Source of the DNA: a virus | Lineage: Duplodnaviria; Caudoviricetes | Direction: 5' to 3' (one strand) | Virus record (IMG/VR): IMGVR_UViG_3300021387_000075 | Length of the DNA stretch: 64,000 bases | Part shown: positions 35,501 to 48,555 of the stretch, piece by piece | Layout: every line of letters starts with the position of its first letter | Numbering within the stretch: the first letter of the stretch is position 1 | Made by a program: the position numbers and the translations under genes | Notes under the pieces: model-generated | Seen by the model: the letters and a program-made list of their open reading frames with translations, nothing else | What the model was told of the DNA's origin: nothing | The model's database searches: none

Positions 35501-38500
35501 CTAAATGTCTAAGACCTCTAGAATAGGACTATCTGAAGAAAGATTTAATGTCGTAAATTGATTATTATTATAAGTAGCATTACTAGAGCCAATAATAAGT
35601 TTACGTAATTTATGCGTATTACTAAAGCTGTTACCTCTAAAGTATAGAGAAGCTAAGCTATTAGCATCAACAATCTTTCCATCTTCATCTTTAATGGGCT
35701 TACCTGCTAACTCTTGAATATAATCAGCACCATAAACGCGAATACGAGATTCATTCATGCTACTAAACGGACATTTAATTTCAATTGGCTTTCCGGCCTT
35801 GGCGCGATATGGTCCACGTGGGGTTTCTGCGTAGTCAACTCTAATATACATATCCTAATATGGAGTAATAGTTAAATCCCAATTTGGCATAACTTCTTGG
35901 TCGCCAATGGTATAACATACCATATCAAATTGATTATTATCAGAAATAATTGGTAAGAAATACTTACTACCAAAATAAGCTGCCTGATTTTTAATCCATT
36001 GCCTGCGTTGGTATTTCTTACGACCCTACATCATATCGCCTAAGAAACGAGTTTCTTTACGAGTTAGGTCAATCTCTTGATATGGATTAGAATCTTTGAT
36101 TCCCTTATCTCCAGTAAAAGGACGAATATACTTACGTTCTACATCTAAACGCCAGATAGCTTCTGGATAGCAACTCTAGAATCTATCGAACTGAACAATA
36201 AGATTATTTGGATTAAAGCATTCAGTAGATACGCCTGTAAAAGCGGCAGTAATATCTGAATTACAATTTTCCCGTAAACGTGACCAGAAAATAGAACCTG
36301 CTCCATTAAATACTGGCCCAGATGTTGGATCATCATCTACACGATAATCTGTATCTTCTTTACCATATGGGAAAATTAATTCGCCATTATTATCAATACC
36401 CGCGGCGGTATCCATATCGTAAGCCCACATATCAAATGCATACTGAGTATAGTAAGTTTTATTGGAATCAATTACAGTATCCTCAGTAGGTTTGAATTGA
36501 CCTTCCCAAACGCCAGGTTCAGTCGTCTTTTCAGTTACTTCACCATCGGCTTCTTCATATATATGAAGTAAGTTAGCAGATGGGCGAGAAACAATTCTAT
36601 GTTTTCCAGTCTGAGCAAAGTGCCAGAATGTATTTTTAGCACGGTTATCTATCATTGTATAATAATGAGTGAAGGCATAGAAGTAAGCAACAGAGGATCT
36701 AACTGCCCATTGATCTAGTTCATTAACAAATTGTTCATTTGTACTAGTAACAAGCCAAGTATAGAACTCTTGCCATACTTTTGTATTAAGTGCTAATTGA
36801 GCTTTCGCTTTTCCGGTAGTATCATTAACAACTTTACCATCACGATAATCACCTTTGCAAGCATAACGCATTTCAAAAGAGTGATTGCCGTCAAAGCCTT
36901 CATTCATTAATGACCAATAACGCATATTCTTTGGGTTACCATTTTCATCTAAGGCTTCCCATTCTGTTTCCTTATTGATAGGATAGAGATAATCTGTAGT
37001 TTCAACGGTAATATCAGCTTCGCTAGAATTAGCAGTAAAGCTGCCTTCTACAATTTTACCATCATCCATATCCTATTCTAATGTATATGCCTCAATAGTA
37101 CGTACACCATTCTTCATATAAACACCAGACTAGAACTAGGAGTTATTGGTATTATTATCAGAAATCTCTAGTGTAAATTCATTCATATCATCTGGATTAT
37201 ATGCACGGGTATAGTCACTCTTTTTAGAATCACCGATATTTCCTAGTGCATAGAAGTGCCATTCTTTATCATTAAATTCTGTATGGTTCGTATAATTTAC
37301 TACAGTATAATCACCCATTGTAGTAGTTGTATGTTCATCATCATTCTCGCGCACGAAAAGAATTGCAGGAACAAATTCCATATCATTCTTAATACGATTA
37401 TCGCGTAAATATGCGGGAGAAAGGTAGGGTAAATAGTCATTATAACGCTTCTAGAACAATGCATTATTAACATTTTCAGAAGAAGCAATATTAACTTTTA
37501 AGTTAAAGAAGTTATTTGGAATTGAAGTTGAAGTTAAAGAAATCTTTCCAGAATCGCCTTTCCAATTAGTGCAATATTCTGGCTCTTCTTGTTCTTCTGT
37601 TCCATAACCTTTAATAACATAAGACTGATATCCTTCAATAAATCCTTTTCCTGGTTTTATCTTATCGGAAGGATTATGCTCACCATCACAGTTGAATAAG
37701 AAGTCAACATTGCGACCGGCATTGCCATACTTATCAGAGGTAGTACCTTGGCCTGCGTGGTATCCATTACCAAAGAACCAGTTATCTTCCTTACCACGGC
37801 TCGGATAAATCGTGCCGCCTTCTGCATGAATACAACGTAGTGTAGAATATGGAATGAAGTCCTTCTTACTAGTTGTAAAATGCGGAGTATCTAGCATTAA
37901 GATTTTAACATCTGGTAATTTCTAAGCTAGACGAACTGGATCAAGTGTAGTATCTGGTCCTTCATATGGAGTATAAACTTCAGCCTAAGTATCATAATAA
38001 ATACAGTTACGATTGTATCTATCTATAGACTCATTTACATCTTTACCATCTGCGATAAAGTTACGTAATACTTCTTCTGTAGTTAAGGAAGAATTATAAA
38101 TACGTATTCTATAAATATACACATCGCAATCATCAGAGCCAATTACAATTGGCTTAGCATCAGTTTGATATAAAGCTTCAATGTTAGAATATGGATAAGC
38201 ACGACTTGGGCACCCATCTTCATAAGACATGCAATAAACGCCGTTAGGTTCAGTTTCTTTATTAATATTAATATCTAATTCAATCTTATCTTCTTCAGAA
38301 TATGGGAAATATAGGTAAGATTTAGTAGAATCACCAGCGGCATCTGTCTTTAACCAACCATTATGTACATTAAGCTGAATACCAACTTCTTTAGCGGAAG
38401 TACTATCACTTGTTTTACCCATGTTGGTAAACCAAACTGCATCTGCTTTGCGTACTGCATCTGTTTTAAAGATGATTTTAAATTCGGTACCATCACGATA

Positions 38501-41500
38501 AACAACACTAGCGTCAGTAGTAGTTGTACCATCATCACTTGACTTGGTATATTTATTAAACATATAGTAGTTAAACATTGCCCTCGTACCGGCTTTTACT
38601 AAGAAGTAATCACCATTAATATCGGAGCCGTAACCGCCATTATACCAGTCAAAGTTATCAGAAACAGTTAAATTATAATTATCGTTGCTCCATAAACGTT
38701 TTGCGGAAGTATTAGTAATACCGGTAGGATTAAAGTCTAGTACTAAATTAGCAGTCACGGGTGCGATATCTACATTTTGTAGTTCTGTAACTACTAATCT
38801 AATGTCGATATAGGATTCTTCACATTTAATTCTTAAAGTATGATTACCTACTACATCGGCTCTATAACTCCATGTGCCAGTATTATTATTTGTTAATGTA
38901 ATTTCATTAATAGAATTTTCAAAATCATCTACATAATAAGATACGTTATAATTTCCATTACCACCTGCGATAGTATAAGGAATATCTATTGTACTATATT
39001 GTGTTAGAGTCTCTTGATTATTACGATAAGGAGAAGCAAGTATAATAGTACTGTCTCCTGCCGCCTACCAAATAATATCTCTAAAAATAGAAGCAGATTT
39101 AACCATACCGCTATTTGCAGTAAGATAAACTTCTAATTTATGAGCACCTGGCTCAGATTGAGCGGGGACAGTATAAGTTTGCGTCGTATTTACTCTTGCC
39201 GCTAGGACAACAGTATCAATTTCCGTGCCATCTAATTTAAAATGTACTGTCTTTTCTACATTACCACTTGGAATGTAATTAAAACTTACTGTATTTCCAG
39301 TATTTACAATTGCATTATTTGTAAAATTAGAAGTAATAGAAAGATTAAATGTATTAATATTCCAAGTTGCCGGGGCAGTAATTGCTGCATTGGAATCTAA
39401 TGCTACTGTAACTGTTGCAGTATGAGTACCAATTGTAGTACAGTATTTAGTAATATCAATAGAATAGAATCCTAATGCCGCAGCCGCTTCAGTAGAAAGT
39501 TCTTCATTATTTTCATCAACTGGCCATGTATATGCTTTATTTACGGGATCGCCACTAGTAATATTAATTGGAGCATCAAATATACTTACTCCATCTATTG
39601 TCAATGTATAACTAGCAGGTTCATTTGCTTCACCACTAGTAAAGAAGAAACGTAAATAAGTAGCTGTATTACTATTAGCAGCCTTATAAACATTACGAGA
39701 AGGCACTTGAATTACTTTTAATGCATTTGTAACCCCACCGCCGCCACCAGTTGCGGGTAATAAAATACGGCGTAGACGTTTATTGACAATATCATTTAAA
39801 TTAGTATTATCATCAATAGTATTATCTTCATCATAGTTAAATTCATAGATACTTAAATAATTGACAGTGCCGTCATCACTTTCTACAGATTCAATATCAA
39901 TATTATATTTTTTAGATTCAGGAACGCCAATTTCAATTTCTGTATCCCCTATCCAACGATAATGATGATAACCATCAGATTCCAATACATAATAATCTGT
40001 ATTTTCATCTTTTTCTTCTAATGCATTATAATCTTCTAATGTTCCTACATAACCAGAAGTATTACCTTCGCCGCTTCCGCCACTAATTAAGTTCCATGAA
40101 TTATTAATCCACTTATAATAAAAATACTTGCCATCTTCATTCGGTCCAACTAAATAATCCTTGGCTTCATCACCAGTTTGCGGCAATTCAGCCACAATTT
40201 CAGTAGCGGACTTTGGTTCGGTTTCTAAATCATAAACGCGAGTTGCTAATGTCTTTGTGTCAGTTAATTTTGCACCGCCATCAATAGCATCCAAACGTTG
40301 ATCTAAAGTTGTAATATCGCCTTCAGCTGTGTCTAAATCAGTTTCTAGTACGCTAATACGTTGCTTTAATCCGTTAGGTACTTCGTCATTTTCGCCCTAG
40401 ACATGGTCGATAGCAGTTTCGATGTCATCAATACGGGTTTCAGCGCCGATCAAACGTCCATTTTCGTCTTGCCCCATTGCGATTTCTGTTGCAAGTGCAA
40501 TTACATCAGATGTTAGATCATCAATCTTAGTATTTGTATCCTTAATATTATGAGTAACATCATCTACCATAGCAAGTTCATTAGCAATGGTATTAATATC
40601 AGTGCGTACTTGTGCCGCAGCTGTTTCAATACTATCAAGTCTATTATCTAATGTACCATAAATTGGATCGCCGCTTTCTTCATCAGTGCCGATTTGAGGA
40701 CGAGCGTCCCCGACTTCGGTTTCAATCGCGGCTAATCTATCATCTAAAGCACTATCTGCAGTCTTGTAAGCGTTGTCCATATCATCAATTAGACCTTTTA
40801 GAACTTTACCTTGACGTGCATCTAATACTTTATTATCAGTAACATCTTGTGCTGGCTCATAAGTTAAACTATTTTCAATATCATCTTTATCAACTTTATG
40901 ATTAATATTAGTTTCATCAGCATTAAAACGGGCATTTAGACTATCATAAGCACCACGACCAGCATTTATTTCAGAAATAACATTTGGTAAAGTACGAGAG
41001 GGAGCTGAACCGCCATCAATTGCATCAAAACGCGCATCTAGCGTACTATCAGGATTTAATCTTGCCTCAGTAATTTCTTGCTATATAGCAGTAATTGTAG
41101 TAGTCTCCAATGTATTAATTGCTGATTCAATCGCGGAAAATCTTGCTGCTAGCGTATCAGGGCTAGCGCCCTCTTCTACTGCTCTATGAGCAGCATCCAC
41201 TTCTTCTTTAAGAGCAACTAATTCTTGAATACGAGTTGACATGGAAATTTTTTGCCCTTCAGCATCCACGCCAGTAGCATTTAAAATTGTATCTAAGCTT
41301 GCACTTATGGTTGTTAATTGCTAATCAATCTAAGTCATATGCTAAGACATATTTGTATTAGCAATACCAGTCACAGGATCTCTGCCTATTGTAGCCGCAG
41401 AAAACACTTGTTCATTCATGCTATTAACAAGGGTACTCATATTAGTTAGAACCTTGGAAACAGTATTCTCATTTGTATAAATATCCTTGTATGTTTTAGT

Positions 41501-41938
41501 TTCCGCATCATAAATTTGCCCAAGTGCCTTTCTTAAATTGTCAATAAGCGTTTCATCTGCTTGAAAACGCGTACTTAAATTTGCGTAAGGCGTAGGATCA
41601 GCTGCTGTAGTTGCGTTGGTAATCTATGTCATAGCATCACGACCAAGAGAACTATCTTGACTAATTCCACTTAATTGCTATGCAATACGATCATCTACCT
41701 ATTCCTAAGTAAGTTTAGAATTGGCATTACTCTAAACAGCAGTAACAGCCTACCAAAGAGCCTAATCCTGAAATCCTGACTCTGGACGAGTACCAATGTT
41801 TGCATCTAATGCCTTAATAGCTTCTCTATTGATTCCAATATGTTCATCAATATGCTCCATCTTCGGCTAAGTAATAGGCTAACCTGGCGCCCAATTAGAT
41901 CCTGTATAGGCTTGTTTTGCTTCATCACTTATTGCCAT
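32576..41938 (-). CDS. giant virion-associated protein with CotH-kinase-like and LRR-like regions (TAG recoded, 3120 aa)
   Basis: Twelve listed ORFs share one frame separated by TAG; IDNRAKN and YDMDT motifs; N-terminal coiled-coil repeats. Confidence 0.8.
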
Positions 41939-42062
41939 TTATTTTACCTCCTTTTTCTCAAATTTAAAAGAGACGCCCATTGGGCGCCTCGGAAACATTT
42001 TTCCTCAAAATAAAGGGGAGACTATCACATTACTATTTGGGTTTTTATTACCCTTCCTAAAA

Positions 42063-42485
42063 TTATTTTAAGTGTTCAATTGCATATCCATCATCCGTTG
42101 TATAACAAATGGTATGAATCCCGTATTCTCTAATCAATGCCATACAACTCGCGCACGGACGAGCCAGCGCGGGTGCGCCATTCTTATATTCGCGCGCGAC
42201 AAATAAAATTACTTTGGAGAAATCAATATCCAAATACTTTATTTTACTAAGGACTGAAATTTCTGAATGAATTTTAGGCGGATAGTAACGAGTACTACGG
42301 TCTTCATCATATCGTAGATAATTATATTTGGCCTGACTGGTGTGCGTCTTATCGGTGTTGCATCCCTTTGCCAGAACAGTACCATGATATACAGCTACGC
42401 ATCCTAATTTTACCTTACTCGGCCCCGTATAAGTAGCCGTTTTCGCGCAGTCATTAGCCAAATCTAAGTAGTGCTGATAGTTCAT
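42063..42485 (-). CDS. zinc-dependent cytidine/adenosine deaminase-fold protein
   Basis: HSE and PCASC motifs; own consensus promoter. Confidence 0.85.
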   Translation of the reverse strand: MNYQHYLDLANDCAKTATYTGPSKVKLGCVAVYHGTVLAKGCNTDKTHTSQAKYNYLRYDEDRSTRYYPPKIHSEISVLSKIKYLDIDFSKVILFVAREYKNGAPALARPCASCMALIREYGIHTICYTTDDGYAIEHLK

Positions 42486-42573
42486 CTTATCCCTCCTATA
42501 AAATTATTATATCATAAATAATTATAAAAGTCAAATGCTAATAATAATACATAATTTCGAGGAGGTGAATTTG

Positions 42574-43182
42574 ATGAAAGTCAAGATTACCACAAAAGAA
42601 AATATGAAGTATTATGGATGCGAAAAGAATACTATTATTGATGTAGATTTAGAAGATTATGTTACTTGCGTTGTAGCGAGCGAAGTAGGTAACGCGAAGT
42701 TAGAAGCTTGTAAAGCATAGGCAGTCGCCGCGCGCACTTTCGCAATTGCGCGAGGAGTGCTTTCTGGAAAAGCGATATCCGACAGTGCCTCAGTAGCACA
42801 AGCCTATCGCGCGAATAGAATTAACTATCCAGTTGCTTAGATGGCATCCGAGCAAACTATGGGATAGATATTAACATATAATGGGAAACCCATATCTGCG
42901 GTATATTGCGGCGCAAATGGCGGCCATACGTATTCTAGTGAGGAAGTATGGGGCACGAAGCATCCATACTTGGTTTCCTAGTAGGACCCATGGGATAAAG
43001 AAACAAAGAAAGGACACGGAGTCGGAATGAGCCAGGCCGGGGCAATCAATGCGGCAAAATGGGGCAAATCTTATAAAGAAATATTAAATTTTTATTACCC
43101 TGGCGCAAAAATAACCCTGAGCCGTCCCGCAATCTTCGACCGAATTAGGTCAATTATAAATAAAATAATGGCGAAACTATAA
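42574..43182 (+). CDS. SpoIID/LytB-domain cell wall lytic transglycosylase (TAG recoded)
   Basis: [22 protein letters not shown] (TAG at the conserved Gln of KAQAVAART), [19 protein letters not shown]. Confidence 0.88.
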
Positions 43183-43200
43183 GCTTCGCCCTTTATTTTT

Positions 43201-43635
43201 TTACTTATCTAAAAGCTCTTCAATTCTATGTTGAAGTCCTTCACGATTGTCCTCAAGTCGAGTACCAAACCGATTAAAGGCATCAACCATATCACCTAGA
43301 TGGTTATCTACTGTCTGAATTAGCCGATTAGCACGCTTGAAGAAACTACGATAGCACTTGTTCTTTGCGCGCGAGAAGGCAATGAGCCGTCCCGCTTCCT
43401 CGTTCCATTCATCATCCTTCGAGCATACTGCCTTACCCATAAAGGAAGACGGCATTGTAACCATATCAATTCCAGAAGGAGCTGTAAGACCCCATGGAAT
43501 ATCAAAGTTAGTAAAGTGGAAATTTTCATAAATAAAATTATATAGCATATCCCTGGTATTAGGAATCACGCATACGACTACACGCTTTTCCTCATCAACA
43601 TAAAACTTACAATCTGACATCTTAATGCCGTTCAT
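43201..43635 (-). CDS. hypothetical phage protein
   Basis: GKAVCSKDDEWNEEAGRLIA motif; AGGAG RBS. Confidence 0.7.
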   Translation of the reverse strand: MNGIKMSDCKFYVDEEKRVVVCVIPNTRDMLYNFIYENFHFTNFDIPWGLTAPSGIDMVTMPSSFMGKAVCSKDDEWNEEAGRLIAFSRAKNKCYRSFFKRANRLIQTVDNHLGDMVDAFNRFGTRLEDNREGLQHRIEELLDK

Positions 43636-43780
43636 TTTCCTTTTTCTCCTTTTTAATTTTTCTATTACAATAAGCACATAGAGTTACTTGTGGCGCATAT
43701 ACGCGCCCGCATTTAGGACAAACCCATCCATAGAGACGGAACCATTGCTGGTTCATATAGGTTACAATATCGTCTGTCAT
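43622..43780 (-). CDS. small zinc-ribbon protein
   Basis: GWVCPKCGRVYAP..CAYC. Confidence 0.6.
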   Translation of the reverse strand: MTDDIVTYMNQQWFRLYGWVCPKCGRVYAPQVTLCAYCNRKIKKEKKENERH

Positions 43781-44016
43781 TATATTCTCCTTATCGTTCT
43801 AACAAATTCTTGCGCCGCTTCGAGACTCTTGTACTAATAAAATCTATCATTAAAATCATCTGGTTCATCAAAGGCAAGCGGGCGCATTAGCTTACCATCC
43901 TATACTTCACATTCTTTTATAGCCCACCACTAATTATTATGGTAGAAGATTTGACGTGCGGCTTTCTTATCGAATGAGTTATATTTATTGTAAGTATCGA
44001 CTATAAAACAAGTCAT
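43780..44016 (-). CDS. hypothetical protein (TAG recoded)
   Basis: 78 aa only in code 15; coupled to both neighbours. Confidence 0.55.
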
Positions 44017-44165
44017 TTAACTTCTTCCCAACTCCATCCTACATGCTCCATAATGGAGTCATATACGATGTCGTCAATTTCATATTCGTTCACATCATCC
44101 GGGACTTCAATAACGTCTTCGACCGCCGTATCATCTACCTGCAAATAAACACGGATTTTCTTCAT
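44013..44165 (-). CDS. small acidic hypothetical protein
   Basis: 50 aa with AGGAG RBS. Confidence 0.55.
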   Translation of the reverse strand: MKKIRVYLQVDDTAVEDVIEVPDDVNEYEIDDIVYDSIMEHVGWSWEEVK

Positions 44166-44178
44166 ACTTATTCTCCTT

Positions 44179-44949
44179 TCATTTATGAAACACTATATCA
44201 TTTATGTAATCTGGATGCTCGTGGAAGATTGGAATATTCTCATGTAGTTCCCATTTCATACGATAAACATTTTCATTAACCAAGGTAGGTTCTTGTTTCG
44301 CGCAAACGCCACGTTTTAGACCCAGTGGATAGTTATTCCAATTAATACCTACCTGCGTGCAAAGCATATTTTGAATATCGTTACAAGATTTATGATCGAG
44401 TTCTTTATGAGAGAAATAAGCTTGGCCCACAGACTGGATAGAATTGCGCGTGCAGTCCTGCTGACGCCATTCAAAGCAATTAAGTACTTCCTCGCGTGGT
44501 ACGATGAAAGCGCGCGAATCAAAGAGAGCAAGGCGCTCATGTTCATATGCATAATTCAGGCCATCAGAAGCATGACCTTCTTGTACCACTTTTGCTACTT
44601 CGTTATTGAAGAAGTTGGTAGCCATTGCGGCGGAAACGCTTACAATTTTTTGCAGATTCTTTCCAAACCAAGCATCGGTTTCAAAGGTATCGTCATCAGT
44701 GATAAGGATAGTGATTTCATCCGACTGCGTATAAGCAAGCTTGGCGCCCATAATATTTTCACACAGGCGCAGCATTGTATTACGCATACAGGTAAGAAAA
44801 CTTATGTCGAATGGGCGATCGAATCCTTTAGTGAAGCTATGAAAATGTACTCCATCCAGTCGAACAATGAGGGGCTCGCGCCGAGTAAGATATCTCCGTT
44901 CGATGTTTTCATAAGCTTTCATGCGGTCGCCCAGCGAGGTTTTATCCAT
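44179..44949 (-). CDS. tRNA(His) guanylyltransferase Thg1-like protein
   Basis: LGDRMKAYE, RLDGVHFHSFT, YTQSDEI, FDSR and WRQQDCTRNS motifs. Confidence 0.92.
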   Translation of the reverse strand: MDKTSLGDRMKAYENIERRYLTRREPLIVRLDGVHFHSFTKGFDRPFDISFLTCMRNTMLRLCENIMGAKLAYTQSDEITILITDDDTFETDAWFGKNLQKIVSVSAAMATNFFNNEVAKVVQEGHASDGLNYAYEHERLALFDSRAFIVPREEVLNCFEWRQQDCTRNSIQSVGQAYFSHKELDHKSCNDIQNMLCTQVGINWNNYPLGLKRGVCAKQEPTLVNENVYRMKWELHENIPIFHEHPDYINDIVFHK

Positions 44950-44961
44950 TTTTATTCTCCT

Positions 44962-45168
44962 TTACATAATAAATACATCGAGATAATCGGGTTCAAGGCC
45001 AAGGTCGCAGCGAAGAATATCTTCTGCCTCGTCCAGACTACCATTCATAAAGGCCAATTCCATTGCGGCGGCCGCATCGCGCACGGCGGTGAGGGCGTCC
45101 TTATAGGTGATACCATCACGCTTAGCAATCATCATAGCAAGTTCCTCAGGTGTTCTCGGCATTTTCAT
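44962..45168 (-). CDS. hypothetical phage protein
   Basis: RDGI..AEDIL..LGLEPDYL. Confidence 0.7.
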   Translation of the reverse strand: MKMPRTPEELAMMIAKRDGITYKDALTAVRDAAAAMELAFMNGSLDEAEDILRCDLGLEPDYLDVFIM

Positions 45169-45415
45169 TCTCCTTCCTCCAAGCAATTTCATAGCAACTA
45201 GAAGTGCGGTCTTTGGAAACTTGGTAGCCATTTGATTTTAGAAAATCAATTACTCGCTGCTCGATTTCATCATCCCCGCTACCGTCCCAATAGCAGTAGT
45301 CTTCGCCATGTTTGGCGCATTCTCTAATCTCATACTCAATATTGCGTAAAATGGTCTTATACTTATGCTCTCGACCGCGTTCAGTTCTAAGCATTACTTG
45401 TTTAGCGCTCCACAT
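45146..45415 (-). CDS. hypothetical protein
   Basis: 89 aa ORF downstream of a consensus promoter. Confidence 0.6.
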   Translation of the reverse strand: MWSAKQVMLRTERGREHKYKTILRNIEYEIRECAKHGEDYCYWDGSGDDEIEQRVIDFLKSNGYQVSKDRTSSCYEIAWRKENENAENT

Positions 45416-45514
45416 CGTCTTACTTCCTTTCCTCTTTTTCTATATTATAGCAGAAATTTGAAAAAAAGTCAAATAAAAAAGTCCCGTATACTTAAAAAGT
45501 ATACGGGATATAAA

Positions 45515-45976
45515 TTAATTTTCTTCTGCGTCTGGTTTAACCCAACTCTCTTGCTTATGCGTGATACCGCTAACGCCAGTAATTTTCGCGGCAACAAAGG
45601 TCATATCTGGGAATTTACTATTTCCATATCCATATTCCATATGAGTATGATAGGAACGATTGGCATCGTCAAAGTTCTGGCATACCTCAATACCTTTGGT
45701 ATAGGTTTCGCCGCTATGACGAATATAATGAACGAAGAAATCAGAACCTTCTTCGTTAGTCCAAGTCTCGTTGTAACGAGAAACGATGTTATCATTCTCA
45801 TCTGTTACCATACAGGAAACAAAAGTCGTATTAGGATATAGTGGGTTATTATACGCCATTTTCATCTGCGCGTGAAAGGACTGGATCGCGGCATCTAGGG
45901 TATCACGAACCTCAATGCCAGCCGTGTAAGTGCCATTATCCTTACGAATACGATGTAAGAAAAATTTATTTTCCAT
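45515..45976 (-). CDS. hypothetical protein with two internal repeats
   Basis: FFLHRIR..TYTAGIEV and FFVHYIR..TYTKGIEV; GGAGG RBS; terminator hairpin downstream. Confidence 0.75.
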   Translation of the reverse strand: MENKFFLHRIRKDNGTYTAGIEVRDTLDAAIQSFHAQMKMAYNNPLYPNTTFVSCMVTDENDNIVSRYNETWTNEEGSDFFVHYIRHSGETYTKGIEVCQNFDDANRSYHTHMEYGYGNSKFPDMTFVAAKITGVSGITHKQESWVKPDAEEN

Positions 45977-45991
45977 ATTTTATTCCTCCTC

Positions 45992-47923
45992 TTAGTTTAA
46001 AAGGGCAAGCAACTATACCAACTATGCTTCGGTTAGGGTTGTATTGCCAATTGTGATTGTATTAGATGTAATTTTATCTAATTTCTATTTATCTTCTGCG
46101 GCTAAAAGGCCATCGTTGGCATCAGTCGCAAGCGTGTAATCTATTACGCGCGAGTCTCCTAGGTTGGAGATAGTAGATGGCGCCGCGTTAAGTGTCTCCA
46201 CATAAATCTACACATCGCGCTCGACCGCAGCTTCAAATTCAGGATTAGGGTTGAAGCTATCTATGGTCCAAATTGAAGTGTCCGGATCGAATAGTATAAA
46301 GACAACTGCGTTATCACGATATGAAGTAATGTAGGTTGTGGTATATGCGATGCTATTATAGCGCGAAATAGTGAAATCTGGATCACAATATAAGTTACTA
46401 TATTGCTTAAAATCACCAAAGTCATATGAAACATTATCTCCATATTCTGTTGTGGTGTTGTCGTTTAAGTAACCAATTCTTGCCTAATGAATATTAGTTC
46501 CAGTACTATTACCTGATGCATCGCGCTCTGTCGTATTAAATGTAATTTTAGTATTTTGCGCCAATGTATTAGGAAATAAGCAGAAGCCATATTTAGGACG
46601 AGAAGTTGCTGAGGTTGACCATCCTAAATAAGTTGCGGCTTCTGAGCTTGCATTACTAGCGGATATTAACCAGTTAACTGGCTTTAACCATTTGTTTGGG
46701 TCAGCCATTAGATTCTATTTTACATTAACATTTATAATTTTAACGAGGTTGCCGCATGTTACTTTCACCTGGCCCCATCCATAATTAGTGTAGGATGTTT
46801 TAGTTAATAGGCCATTACTAGTACTCGTAAATAAATGCGGGCTAAGTGATGAGAACTATACTTGGTCGGTTGCGTTCGAGGGGTTGATGAACGGCATCGG
46901 CAATTGTAAAGTGCGACTATTAAAGTCAAAAGCAAATGTATCGTCCATAATGAGTGTATCGGCGTAAATAGTCGATGGCTCAGAGAGACTCTTTACAATT
47001 ATATGATAATGGTCATCTAATAAGTATGCGCGATGTTCTGCCGTAGACTTATGTGTAGCGTTTCCGTTCTAATCAATCCAAAAATAAAAGTAAGCTGGCT
47101 CTTTTTTAGTAGTAAAAGAGTAGGAGTTGGCGCGATTCCAGTCCCAACTTGTCTTTACTACATCAGTATCAGGCTCAATGTTTCGATATACTAAGGAGTT
47201 AAGATTCGCTTTACCATCTGTGATTTCCATCGAAGCCGTCCCGTAGAACGCGGATAGACGTATTAAACTGGTGCCAGACCAGTTAATAGTAACTGAGGTA
47301 TTCGCGGCCAAAGGTGCAAGATAAGTACCCCAAGCCGTCCTATCTTCGGATGAAGAGAAATAGATAGCTGCTATGTTATCCTCGTCCATTGAAGAGTTCC
47401 AACTTGCGGCAACATTCGATACATTATCCATTAAGTTCTCATTGTCTAAAAAGATATCGGTTTCAACATTTATATTAACATACTTAACCTAATCGCCGCA
47501 TTGTACTTTAACGCGGCCCCATCCATATGCTTCCGGGGTCGCGCGGGTAACGATGCCGCTTTCTGTAATAGAAATGATATTAGGCGTCATTGAAACGTAT
47601 GTAAGCTGGTCCGTTGTATTGGTAGGCGTAATACTAATAGATTGCGCGAGCTCTAATGCGCTTGTAGTGTAAGGCATTTCAATGCGGCTCGGCGCATCAA
47701 TATAGACGCAGGGGATTGATATTTCTAGCTAATCCAACTTCGCCTTATCTGCTGCGCTCATAAGGCCATCAGATGATGTCGTTGCTACACCGAGGGCTCC
47801 TTGCGTGCGGAGTCCGTTGGCGGTATATAATGTCTTTCCTGTTAATACATCTGCGGCAGTAGCAGTTGTATCTGATATATCAATTAGGGTTTCATTTCCA
47901 TATATAACTTTATTAACTGCCAT
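45992..47923 (-). CDS. virion protein with Ig-like (Big2-type) repeats (TAG recoded, 643 aa)
   Basis: ORFs 47729, 47489, 47069 and 46484 in frame; P.N.TDQ..S..P..G.V.V.CG repeats; DGLMSAADKAKLD. Confidence 0.75.
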
Positions 47924-47936
47924 TTACTATCACTCC

Positions 47937-48542
47937 TTATGTTGGCGCAACAGTACCAATAGTTACGGTTACTCCGCCCGCGGCATTGTCGCTTTCTGTG
48001 TAAGCGATTGCCGCAACATTGATTTGCGTAATGCTATTAAAGTCGCCCAGGTCTGCTGGCGTAATAGTCTGCGCAGTAGTATAAGGAGTAACAGACGCGG
48101 CCGTAGCCTTAACGCCTTCACTGCCACTCATAGTACCAGTAACGCCAAGAACGGTAACGCCTTCGCGTATATTGGTTGCGATTATTTTTGCTTGCTCTGT
48201 CGCGGCAATACTTACTTTGCCGCTACCGTCGTGATAACCCTGGGGTACGGTATATTCGCCCGCGACAGTAGTAATAGTGCCTGCGACGGCGCCACGGTTT
48301 GGCATAGTACCTGTTAGTTTTGCGCCATTCTTATAGGCGGTTTTGCCTGTTAAGATTTCCGCGGCGACAGCAGTAGCATCGGATGTGTCTGCGTCGTAGG
48401 TGTTGGTACCAGTTGCGGGGGCGCCAGAAGGTAAGTGAAATTTCTTGCCTGAGGCCACGTCTGCGGCGGTAACGTCATCCTACGTTAGGTCAATAAGGGT
48501 TTCACCGCCGTAGATAACTTTATTTTTATATTGATTTGCCAT
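47937..48542 (-). CDS. tail-associated protein (TAG recoded)
   Basis: NKVIYGGETLIDLT*DDV..ILTGKTAY..GTMPN..YHDGSG..GGVTVTIG. Confidence 0.8.
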
Positions 48543-48555
48543 ATATATTCCTCCT

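Noticed and set aside
8361-48317. Plus-strand ORFs such as 8745-9101, 10617-11147, 15788-16174, 44371-45201 and 47805-48317
   Set aside because: Antisense shadows of well-supported minus-strand genes, without RBS or motifs.
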